From: Coprothermobacterota bacterium
Lineage (GTDB): Bacteria; Coprothermobacterota; Coprothermobacteria; Coprothermobacterales; Coprothermobacteraceae
Reading direction: 5' to 3'
Length of the DNA stretch: 64,000 nucleotides
Assembly: GCA_036679065.1 (NCBI GenBank)
Contig: JAZIGN010000001.1
Span: forward strand, 64,001 to 128,000
Below, piece after piece: positions 9,518-17,981 of the stretch. The notes under the pieces are model-generated. The model did no database searches. It had not been told where the DNA came from and saw only the letters and a list, made by a program, of their open reading frames with translations. The number at the start of each line of letters is the position of its first letter. Positions within the stretch are counted from its first letter, which is position 1. The position numbers and the translations under genes were made by a program.

Positions 9518-10342
9518 CTACCTTTGGGGTACTCCTTCTTTTCCTACATATCCCACTGCAAAAGTATTATTTCCAGTATAGGCGCCCACTATGGGGTTGC
9601 CCCTTGCCAGCAGTGCGTTGTGATCCTTCACCAGCTGCTCAATTTCCGGTACGTAGTCCGTGTAACCGATGATAAAGGGATAAGATCGATATGCATGTCC
9701 TTCTGCTTCTTCAACCAGCTTCTGCAAAATGTTAAAGGGATTGCCTCGTTCATTGCGCATGGGTACAATGTATCCCTCCTTTAGTTCCACAACAGGTTTT
9801 ACTCTTAGGATTTCTCCTACAAGTCCCGTAAAACGCGATATTCTGCCTGTTCTCATAAGGTTTTTCAACGTGGCAAACACTGCCCAAAAGCGCGTGCGCT
9901 GCCGTAGATCGTATAACCTGTTCGCCACGTCTTCCATGGATAGTCCTTCCTCCCGCATTCTTAACGCGGCCATGGCTAAAACGCCTGCCCCCATGGACAA
10001 ATTCCATGTGTCGAATACTACAACGTTTTTTCCTTTACTTTCTTTAGCAGCTGACAAAGCTGAGCTGTATGTCCCACTGATCTTTGAGCTTATTGTCATC
10101 ACAAGCACATCTTCGTGTCTAGCATTCTCAATGGCTGCCAAGAAGTCCTTTGGATTAGGCTGACTGGTGGATATGCGATCGTACTCGTTAGGCAGGATTC
10201 TGAAGAATTCATCCCTACTTATCTCTACAACGTCTTTGAAATACTGATCGCCAATCTTTACGTAAAGTGGTACCACGGAGAAATCATCAAAGGTGACCCC
10301 TTCCGGTAAATCGATTGCAGAATCGATTATGACTTGAAACAT
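9518..10342 (-). CDS. DegV/FakB fatty-acid-binding protein (tandem paralog)
   Basis: IIDSA, STSQPNP, SSKISGTYSSA and RTGRI motifs. Confidence 0.9.
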   Translation of the reverse strand: MFQVIIDSAIDLPEGVTFDDFSVVPLYVKIGDQYFKDVVEISRDEFFRILPNEYDRISTSQPNPKDFLAAIENARHEDVLVMTISSKISGTYSSALSAAKESKGKNVVVFDTWNLSMGAGVLAMAALRMREEGLSMEDVANRLYDLRQRTRFWAVFATLKNLMRTGRISRFTGLVGEILRVKPVVELKEGYIVPMRNERGNPFNILQKLVEEAEGHAYRSYPFIIGYTDYVPEIEQLVKDHNALLARGNPIVGAYTGNNTFAVGYVGKEGVPQR

Positions 10343-10379
10343 GATTTTTCTCCTTTCCTCCTCTGCCGTGCTCTTGGCG

Positions 10380-11684
10380 TCATGGTGTTAGCTTGTGTAA
10401 CATCCTGGGGAACGGTATGGTTTCTCTAATGTGGTCCAGCTTGCATATCCAAGCCACTGTTCTTTCCAAACCAATACCAAAACCCGAGTGCGGCACAGAA
10501 CCGTATTTTCTAAGATCCAAGTACCACTGATAATACTCTTCATTAAGACCGAACTCTCTCATTTTCTGGAGTAACAGGTCGTAATCATGAATACGCTCAC
10601 TGCCTCCAATGATTTCACCGTAACCTTCAGGTGCCAGTAAGTCTGCAGCTAGTACAACTTCTGGATTCTGAGGGTCGGGCTGCATGTAGAAAGCTTTTAT
10701 TTTTGCAGGGAAATGCGTCAGGAACACGGGCTTCTCATATTGGTTGGACAAGAAGGTTTCCTCTGGTGCTCCCAAGTCGTCTCCCCAAGTGATGTCGAAC
10801 CCATTCTTATTCAGCAGTTCCACAGCCTCGGTGTAAGTTATCCTGGGAAAAGGTGGTTCCACTTTCATCAGTGGTTCCAGCGGACGCTCCAGGATGGCCA
10901 AATCGTCTTCGTTTTCCTCCAGCACTCTTTTTACAATGTAGCTGACGAACTGTTCTTGGAGCTGAAGGTTATCTTCATATTCAAACCACGCTGCTTCCGG
11001 CTCTATCATCCAGAATTCCAGTAAGTGGCGCCGTGTTTTACTTTTTTCTGCTCTGAAGGTGGGCCCAAAGGTGTAAACCTTTCCTAATGCCAAGGCGCCT
11101 GCTTCGGCATAAAGCTGTCCACTTTGACTCAAATATGCTTTATCCCCGTGGTAGTCTACTTCAAATAGTGTAGTGGTTCCTTCAGCTGCGGCTGTGGTAA
11201 TGATGGGGGTGTCGAACCTGTAAAAACCATTTTCATTCAGGAACTCAATCATGGCTTTTTCAATGGTATGCCTAATGCGTAGAATGGCACTCTGTTTCTT
11301 ACTTCTTATCCACAAATGTCGGTTTTCTTCGAGGAATTCGATACCGTGTTCTTTGCGTCCCAGAGGCCAATCTTTGGTAACGTGAAACGCTTCAAAGTGA
11401 TCCGCATGAATTTCATATCCACTGGGTGCACGAGGTTCGCTTTTCGCAACACCTTTTACCACAATGGAACTTTCCAAAGAAGCATCTTTAGCTTGCTCCC
11501 ACTGTTCGGGTTTAAGCCGTTCTTGTTCCAGCACAACTTGGATGAAACCTGAGCCATCTCTCATTACGATGAAAATGATCTTTCCCTTTTCACGCTTCGT
11601 GTGAATCCAGCCTCTCAGTTCCACTCGTTCTCCTTCGTGCTTCCCAATGTCACGTATGCTGACCACTTTTTCCACGTCTGTCAC
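10380..11684 (-). CDS. asnS: Asparagine--tRNA ligase
   Basis: N-terminal OB fold. YLSQSGQLY, FRAEKSKTRRHLLEFWM, GEIIGGSER and PHSGFGIGLER motifs. Confidence 0.95.
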   Translation of the reverse strand: MTDVEKVVSIRDIGKHEGERVELRGWIHTKREKGKIIFIVMRDGSGFIQVVLEQERLKPEQWEQAKDASLESSIVVKGVAKSEPRAPSGYEIHADHFEAFHVTKDWPLGRKEHGIEFLEENRHLWIRSKKQSAILRIRHTIEKAMIEFLNENGFYRFDTPIITTAAAEGTTTLFEVDYHGDKAYLSQSGQLYAEAGALALGKVYTFGPTFRAEKSKTRRHLLEFWMIEPEAAWFEYEDNLQLQEQFVSYIVKRVLEENEDDLAILERPLEPLMKVEPPFPRITYTEAVELLNKNGFDITWGDDLGAPEETFLSNQYEKPVFLTHFPAKIKAFYMQPDPQNPEVVLAADLLAPEGYGEIIGGSERIHDYDLLLQKMREFGLNEEYYQWYLDLRKYGSVPHSGFGIGLERTVAWICKLDHIRETIPFPRMLHKLTP

Positions 11685-11760
11685 ACACTCCCTTTCATTG
11701 TGTTATTACTGTTCACCTGTTTTGGTTGCTAATGCTCGTTGTTTTCTTCCCTTCGTTCCT

Positions 11761-12189
11761 CTACATTATTTGGTTTTTGGGATTCTTTGGTATCTCGAAT
11801 CCAATTGGCTTTGCCTTTATGGCTCGTATTTGTGGTATGAAATCAAAAGCGGCGCTGACCACAATCTGCATAGAAACCTGAAATTCTTCGAAGCTCATGT
11901 TCACAGTGGGGAAGTCGCACACAAGACGAACCATGCCATCGTCAGCCATGGCGAATTTTGCCATGGCAATACGGTAATTCATCTCAAATAACTGATTTAA
12001 CAGTTCCGAAGACACTTTTTCTTCTGCCATGAGTGGAACTTCGAAGCGTAAAAAATCTCGACTTAGTGTCAGCACCAAATTAATCTCCACATTATCTTGA
12101 TGGAAGGGAATGTCCCATTGGAAGCCGTTGAATTGAAATTGAAGATTTAGAATACGAAGGTACTCGTTTATTATGCCTGGCGTTACCAA
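11761..12189 (-). CDS. YbjN-like (T3SS chaperone fold) hypothetical protein
   Basis: 142 aa with an LFEMNYRIAMAKFAM..DG pattern. GGAGG RBS upstream. Confidence 0.55.
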   Translation of the reverse strand: MVTPGIINEYLRILNLQFQFNGFQWDIPFHQDNVEINLVLTLSRDFLRFEVPLMAEEKVSSELLNQLFEMNYRIAMAKFAMADDGMVRLVCDFPTVNMSFEEFQVSMQIVVSAAFDFIPQIRAIKAKPIGFEIPKNPKNQIM

Positions 12190-12301
12190 ACCGGCAGACC
12201 TCCTTTTTGAGCATTATTGTTGGCCTGTTACTGCTGTACCATTATTTTGTGATAATCTGAAAACTTTTCTATATTATAAGTCAGGAGGTGTCTAAAACCA
12301 T

Positions 12302-12853
12302 ATGAAAATACTAATTGCATCTGACCTGCATGGTAGCGTAGCAGCATTCCAAAAGGTTTTGGAAAATGAACCAGATTCTGAAATGGTGCTTCTCTTGGGG
12401 GATTATCTGTATCATGGACCCCGCAACCCGTTACCTGAAGGTTACAATCCAAGAGCCATGGCGGATCTAATAAATTCTTTGAGCAATGCTGTATTGGTTA
12501 AAGGCAACGTGGATGCACCCATCGACGAGGAACTTATTAAATGGCCCATGTCACCTTTGGTTCATTTAGTCTTTCATGATGGCGGCAATAATAGGAATGA
12601 CGTCCACATCTTAGCTCATCACGGTCACAACGCTGATCCAACAAAGCTTTACAAAACGCAAATGGTGGTTTCTGGACACACCCATGTAAAAGTCCTGGAA
12701 TATGACGCAAAAGAAGGCGTTTTCAGGCTTAACCCTGGTAGTCCATCACTGCCCAAAGACGGAACACCATCTTATGCCGTCATCCTCAGCGATTTTAGAG
12801 CACAGCTCAAATCATTGGACGGTCAAGTCATAAAGGAGATTCAGATTAGCTAA
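12302..12853 (+). CDS. yfcE: YfcE-family phosphodiesterase
   Basis: SDLHG, LGDYLYHGPRNPLP, GNVD, HGH, SGHTH and NPGSPSLPK motifs. Confidence 0.9.
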   Translation: MKILIASDLHGSVAAFQKVLENEPDSEMVLLLGDYLYHGPRNPLPEGYNPRAMADLINSLSNAVLVKGNVDAPIDEELIKWPMSPLVHLVFHDGGNNRNDVHILAHHGHNADPTKLYKTQMVVSGHTHVKVLEYDAKEGVFRLNPGSPSLPKDGTPSYAVILSDFRAQLKSLDGQVIKEIQIS

Positions 12854-13898
12854 GCACTTTCCAGCCTGGATCAACTTTCAGCTTTATGACTGGTTCTATA
12901 ATGCCAACGACTTCTTGCCTATGGTTTTTCACAGGAGGCTGGTATTGATTTTTTAAAGCTTCGCCGTGAACATCTTCATCAGTTACCAAACCCAGTTGCC
13001 TAAGGACCTCCAATGTGATGGCTCCCAATGCTCTACTACTACCATCTACCACTTTTACTGCAATACCCAGGCCACGATTTAGCACGGACACCAGTTGAAC
13101 AGCTTCAGCACCGCCCTTACTCAGGAATGCGCCTTGGAAGAAGAGCATAAATTCAGTGTCAAAGCGACCTTTCCCTGCAACCAAATGAGGGTAGTTTGTC
13201 ATGGCCATTGCTACTTTTGATGCTGGTTCCTTATATTCCTCGGGCAGAATTTCAGGAGTTCCCAGTTTTGCGAAAGCCAATGCAGCGTTGTAAAGAGGCA
13301 CTCCAAAAACAGGTACGCCGCAGCCGTCAATACCTATCTCCACTTTCTCTGGAGGCATCTCAAAGAACTCTGACACTATTTTAAGTATCCTTTGCTGCAC
13401 TGGGTGATCCGGGAGAAAGTAAGTCTGCAGTGGCCACTTGTGGTACACGCACTGTGCAAGCATGCCTGTATGTTTCCCTGAACAATTATGGAAAGCTGGG
13501 GTTAGCTCGATGTTGTTCAGCTTTATGAATTCGGCAGTGCTCTTGTCAAAAGGTTCGTGAACGCCACACTGCAAATATGACTCGTCCAAGCCAATTTTCT
13601 TTAGCGCTGATCTTACAAGTTCCACATGTTCCAGCGTACCAGAATGTGAAGCGCACATCACGGCTATTTCTTCCATGGTAAAACCGTACTGGATGTCCAA
13701 TTTATCCATGAGCATAGGAATGGCTTGTAGCGGTTTTGAAGCTGATCTGAGGAAAGTTACGCGCTGAGGTGAACCAGCTGAGGCAATCAATCTTCCTTTG
13801 TAGTCTACTACCACTGCATCTGCGTAATGCACACTTTCTGTTAGCTCGTTTCTTAAAACTAGCGCACCCAATGTGGGCGGATTTGCATAGTCTTCCAC
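12846..13898 (-). CDS. L-asparaginase II (Rhizobium AnsA type)
   Basis: RSASKPLQA, CASHSG, HNCSGKH, DGCGVP and SKGGAEA motifs. Confidence 0.9.
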   Translation of the reverse strand: MEDYANPPTLGALVLRNELTESVHYADAVVVDYKGRLIASAGSPQRVTFLRSASKPLQAIPMLMDKLDIQYGFTMEEIAVMCASHSGTLEHVELVRSALKKIGLDESYLQCGVHEPFDKSTAEFIKLNNIELTPAFHNCSGKHTGMLAQCVYHKWPLQTYFLPDHPVQQRILKIVSEFFEMPPEKVEIGIDGCGVPVFGVPLYNAALAFAKLGTPEILPEEYKEPASKVAMAMTNYPHLVAGKGRFDTEFMLFFQGAFLSKGGAEAVQLVSVLNRGLGIAVKVVDGSSRALGAITLEVLRQLGLVTDEDVHGEALKNQYQPPVKNHRQEVVGIIEPVIKLKVDPGWKVLS

Positions 13899-14132
13899 GG
13901 TTTGCCTCCTTGGTATCTTACGTTAAGTGTCGTTTAAATTTTAGCACTTTGAGTCAAGTTAGTAGATTACAGGTCAATGATGAGATATCAGCCGTAAGAC
14001 ATAGTAGTTGTTAGATAATAACAGCTTACAAGACATTTATGACGAAAATGGCATTTGATACACAATTAGAGCGTTCTATACTAATTTATTGTGAATAATA
14101 CGCAGAACATAAAGAGGAGGACAAGAAAAGCT

Positions 14133-14867
14133 TTGGAAAACCGTCTGAGTTTGGGGGAACAGAAACAATCTCTGATTTACGGTCCTGTGAGTAGTAGGCG
14201 TTTTGGTACCACAATTGGAATTAGTCTCATACCGTTGAAGGTTTGTTCTTTTGATTGCGTTTTTTGTGAACTTTCCGTTCACACCAACGTGTTAACGCTG
14301 GAACGCCACACGTACGTCAGTGTAAACGAAGTACTCAAGGAACTGAGAAATTTCCCAACTCAGGGAGTGGATTACATTGCGCTCTCAGGAGCTGGCGAAC
14401 CCACATTAGCAGCGAACATGGGCGAAGTCATTGATGCACTGCATCAGAACTACCCAGTGTCGGTGTTAGTCCTAAGTAACGGGAGCACGGTTTTCATGAA
14501 TGATGTTCAAGAAGAACTAAGAAGAGCCGACGCTGTGAAACTCACGTTCTCCTCATTAAACGAAGAAGCATTCAAGCGTTTGAACCAGCCCGTTGAAGGA
14601 GTAACTGCTGCAAAAGTTGCTCGGGGCATTGAGGAATTTGCATCTTCCTTCAGTGGCAGGCTTTATTTTGAGATAGTCGTGGTCAAGGGCATAAACGATG
14701 ATCTGTCTGAGGTAAGAAAAACAGTTGAGTTCTTAGCTCAGTTTAAGCCTTACCACATCGATATAAACCGGCCTGTAAGGCCGGGAACGGCGCGTTATCT
14801 TGAGCTACCTGATAAAGAGCTTTACATGCCTTTGGAGCGCGAATTCACCGGCCTCAGGGTATTCTAA
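14133..14867 (+). CDS. Radical SAM protein (COG0731-like Fe-S oxidoreductase)
   Basis: YGPVSSRRFG, CSFDCVFC and SGAGEPTL motifs. TTG at 14133 follows GAGGAGG; the ORF is also open from 14091. Confidence 0.85.
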   Translation: MENRLSLGEQKQSLIYGPVSSRRFGTTIGISLIPLKVCSFDCVFCELSVHTNVLTLERHTYVSVNEVLKELRNFPTQGVDYIALSGAGEPTLAANMGEVIDALHQNYPVSVLVLSNGSTVFMNDVQEELRRADAVKLTFSSLNEEAFKRLNQPVEGVTAAKVARGIEEFASSFSGRLYFEIVVVKGINDDLSEVRKTVEFLAQFKPYHIDINRPVRPGTARYLELPDKELYMPLEREFTGLRVF

Positions 14868-14894
14868 GAAAACAAGAACTTTTCGTTGGCTGCC

Positions 14895-15422
14895 TTAACG
14901 CAGCTTGACCAAAACTGGACCTACGCTACTGGTAGCACATACGGCGTAGTTGTAGCCATCCAAAGTCACCGTCTCAGCAAAGGATATTTCTGCCCCAGTC
15001 GCTGTTGCCATTGCTTCTGCTGCCTTGTCAGCAGAACTGTCTACGGGCCAACAGATGTAGAATGCACTTCCTATTGGATTTCCCGTGGAAACCTCACCAG
15101 TGGTGTAGGCAAAGAAATCTTCCAATTTCTTCTCCTTATCCCATGGCCAAGGAGTTGACCTTTCGTAGTAGGCTTTTAGCATGTCTGTTCCAGTGTGAGA
15201 TTCATCTAAGGCCACATTGCCGGTGGGGTAGAACTGGTGATCCATGCGGTACAGCTCCAAGTACTGAAGAACTTTAGGTGACGAAGACAGTAGCGTACTC
15301 ACATTTGCACGCTGACGTGCTAGCGCATAGGATGGATACAATGTTGCTGTAAGTAATGCAATTACTGCGAGTACTACCATGATTTCCATAAGTGTGAAAC
15401 CATTCCTTGCTCTTAACTTCAA
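14895..15422 (-). CDS. Type IV pilin/pseudopilin
   Basis: Class III signal RNG^FTLMEIMVVLAVIALL. TTG start at 15422 follows GGGAGG. Confidence 0.85.
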   Translation of the reverse strand: MKLRARNGFTLMEIMVVLAVIALLTATLYPSYALARQRANVSTLLSSSPKVLQYLELYRMDHQFYPTGNVALDESHTGTDMLKAYYERSTPWPWDKEKKLEDFFAYTTGEVSTGNPIGSAFYICWPVDSSADKAAEAMATATGAEISFAETVTLDGYNYAVCATSSVGPVLVKLR

Positions 15423-15656
15423 AATGACAGCCTCCCTCTTTTTATGTAGAACATTGATTTTGACTCCAATCTGCTTGTGCATGTCCAATGGAAGGTGCCT
15501 AACCTATGGAGCCAAAACTCTTTAATTGTACATGTACAGCAAGTGTTTTTTGTGTGGATGTGTGTTTGTGAGCCAATGGTGCTCACGCGAGCGCATACGT
15601 AGGTACCTAGTATGATGTATGTGCTCTGCGAGTATGTGTCTGTGGTGAAACGCGCG

Positions 15657-15665
15657 TGGTATAAT
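15657..15665 (+). promoter_or_regulatory. Extended -10 promoter for the infC operon
   Basis: TGGTATAAT upstream of the leader. Confidence 0.55.
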
Positions 15666-15699
15666 AACAAACAGTAGAATGTATAAGTTCTACGGCGGA

Positions 15700-15822
15700 A
15701 AAGTGGAAGTAGGCGCCACGCCTCACCTGCCGGTAAACTCATGTGCTTGGCAGGTTACAAGTGCGAGCAACGGGCTCGCACCAAGTGGATAGTGGGTGCG
15801 CATACTTTCACCCACTTTTTTA
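15700..15822 (+). ncRNA. Ribosomal protein L20 leader with terminator
   Basis: CTCACCTGCC...GGCAGGT stem, then hairpin AGTGGGTG/CACCCACT plus a T-run, immediately 5' of infC-rpmI-rplT. Confidence 0.75.
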
Positions 15823-15841
15823 ATTGAGGAGGTAGAAGAAC

Positions 15842-16423
15842 ATAAGCACTTCGAAGGATTTAGGGTACAGGGTGAATGAACAGATTAGATCACCAAAGGT
15901 CAGAGTGGTTGACGAGAATGGCAAGCAATTGGGTGTTTTCATCACAGCAGAAGCCATAAGAATGGCACGTAGCAGAGGTTATGACTTGGTGGAGGTGGCT
16001 CCCACGGCGGATCCACCGGTTTGTCGGTTTATCGACTATGACAAGTTCCGCTACGAAATGGCAAAGAAAGCCAAGGAAGCGAAGAGGAACCAGACCGTCA
16101 TTGAAGTGAAAGAGATTCGTCTCAGATTGGGTACTGACGTTCACGATCTGGAAACGAAGATGAAAAAGATCAGGGAATTCTTGGAAGATGGTAACAAAGT
16201 TAAGGTAACCCTGCGTCCTAGAGGCCGTGAGAGGGCTCTTGAAGAACAGATTCGACAGAAACTATTGTCCATTGCAGAAAAGCTGTCAGATGTGGGACAA
16301 GTGGAGCAAGACGTGCGTGCAGAGGGCAGAAATTTCTATTTCATGATAGCGCCCAAGAAAAAGAAGGAGGCAAATAAAGATGGGAAAACCGAAGAACAGC
16401 AGGACAGCAGCCAAGAGGTTTAA
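15842..16423 (+). CDS. infC: Translation initiation factor IF-3
   Basis: NEQIR, YDLVEVAP, DYDKFRYE and KEIRLR motifs. In-frame ATA at 15842 lies 9 nt after GAGGAGG. Confidence 0.95.
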   Translation: MSTSKDLGYRVNEQIRSPKVRVVDENGKQLGVFITAEAIRMARSRGYDLVEVAPTADPPVCRFIDYDKFRYEMAKKAKEAKRNQTVIEVKEIRLRLGTDVHDLETKMKKIREFLEDGNKVKVTLRPRGRERALEEQIRQKLLSIAEKLSDVGQVEQDVRAEGRNFYFMIAPKKKKEANKDGKTEEQQDSSQEV

Positions 16424-16574
16424 AGTTACTGGTTCTGGCAAGTACATGTACCGTTCTGCCATGAACCACTTGAGAAGACATAAGAGTGCTTCCAGGTTAA
16501 GAAGGTTGAAAGCACCAAAAGTAGTTGATGAAACTTATTTGGGCCACGTTCAAGATTTGTTGCCCAGGCCATAG
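16380..16574 (+). CDS. rpmI: 50S ribosomal protein L35
   Basis: AAKRFKVTGSGK motif; located between infC and rplT. Confidence 0.93.
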   Translation: MGKPKNSRTAAKRFKVTGSGKYMYRSAMNHLRRHKSASRLRRLKAPKVVDETYLGHVQDLLPRP

Positions 16575-16587
16575 GAGGTGTTTTTGA

Positions 16588-16941
16588 ATGCGTGTTAAGA
16601 CCAGTGTTAACAAGAGGGCAAGGCATAAAAAAGTACTCAAGGAAGCAAAAGGTTATTTTGGTGCTTCCCACCGTGTTTACCGTAAGGCAAATGAAGCAGT
16701 TCTGAAGGCTGGCGAAGATGCCTTTGCTGGACGCAGGCAGCGTAAAAGGGACATGCGCAGTTTGTGGATCACCAGAATCAACGCCGCAGCCAGGAATAAC
16801 GGCATGACTTACTCTAACTTCATGCATGGCTTGAAAGTTGCTGGCATACAAATTGACAGAAAGATGCTGGCTGAATTGGCTGTGACCGACCCAGAGGGAT
16901 TCAGTGCTCTGGTGGAGAAGGCCAAGGAGGCCGTAGGGTAA
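16588..16941 (+). CDS. rplT: 50S ribosomal protein L20
   Basis: [19 protein letters not shown] and [10 protein letters not shown] motifs. Confidence 0.97.
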   Translation: MRVKTSVNKRARHKKVLKEAKGYFGASHRVYRKANEAVLKAGEDAFAGRRQRKRDMRSLWITRINAAARNNGMTYSNFMHGLKVAGIQIDRKMLAELAVTDPEGFSALVEKAKEAVG

Positions 16942-17960
16942 TGATGAAGGAGGTTGAAGAGGTCGAACAAGTAGCACGTGACTTCGAATCCGACCTTCAA
17001 ACGCTTCCTCCCGATCAGCTCAGGATCAAGTACTTATCGAAAAAAGGCTTAATTCCAAAACTGTTGGAAAAAATCCCGACGCTTCCGCCTGAGCAGCGTC
17101 GGGATTTTGGTAAATACGTGAATGACTTGAAGAAACGCGTTGAAGAGCAGATTAAACAGTTGGAAGAACAGCTGGTTGCCGGTGGCTCCAAACAAGTTGC
17201 TGTGGAACCCCTGTTTCTCAATGATATGACCCTGGAAGGCAAACGTCCTCCCCTGGGAAACGTTCACGTGCTTTTTAAGGCCCGTGATGAGCTACTGGGC
17301 ATTTTTAAGTCCATGGGATTTGGTTTCTTCGACGGTCCCGAACTGGAAACCGATTTTTACAACTTCGAGGCATTGAACTTTCCGCCTTACCACCCCGCAC
17401 GAGACATGCAGGACACATTGGTGGTGGGAGACAAAGTGCTGCGAACTCACTCTTCAGCCATGCAGGTTAGAGCTTTGCAAGCTTGGGGTGTTCCCATTAA
17501 GGTAATTCTTCCAGGCAGGGTTTACCGCCGTGAAGAGGTTTCTGCAAGGAAATATCCTGTGTTTTATCAGTTTGACTGCCTGGCTGTGGGTGAAAACATT
17601 GGGGTGGGCCACCTGAAATGGACCTTGGAAACGTTCCTTAGTGCTTACTTCCAGAAGAGTGTCACAGTCAGGTTCAGACCCAGCTATTTTCCTTTTGTGG
17701 AGCCCGGTAATGAGGTGGATGTGAAATGCGTTTTCTGTGACGGTCAGGGCTGCAGCGTGTGTGGGGGTACGGGTTGGTTAGAAATACTTGGAGCCGGCTT
17801 AGTACATCCAAGAGTTTTGGAATATGCAGGAGTGGATCCAGATCGTTACAGCGGTTTTGCCTTCGGTGTGGGCGTGGACCGTATGGCCATGCTCAAATAC
17901 GGCATTAACGACATACGTCTTATTTATGAGGGCGACGTCAGTTTCCTCAGGTCGCTTTAA
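16941..17960 (+). CDS. pheS: Phenylalanine--tRNA ligase alpha subunit
   Basis: HPARDMQDT, FRPSYFPFVEP and GFAFGVGVDR motifs. Confidence 0.97.
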   Translation: MMKEVEEVEQVARDFESDLQTLPPDQLRIKYLSKKGLIPKLLEKIPTLPPEQRRDFGKYVNDLKKRVEEQIKQLEEQLVAGGSKQVAVEPLFLNDMTLEGKRPPLGNVHVLFKARDELLGIFKSMGFGFFDGPELETDFYNFEALNFPPYHPARDMQDTLVVGDKVLRTHSSAMQVRALQAWGVPIKVILPGRVYRREEVSARKYPVFYQFDCLAVGENIGVGHLKWTLETFLSAYFQKSVTVRFRPSYFPFVEPGNEVDVKCVFCDGQGCSVCGGTGWLEILGAGLVHPRVLEYAGVDPDRYSGFAFGVGVDRMAMLKYGINDIRLIYEGDVSFLRSL

Positions 17961-17981
17961 GGTGCTAAGGTGTGATGTGCG

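Noticed and set aside
13941..13967. TTAGCACTT, a CIRCE-like half-site
   Set aside because: No matching right arm at N9 spacing, and the flanking genes are not chaperones.
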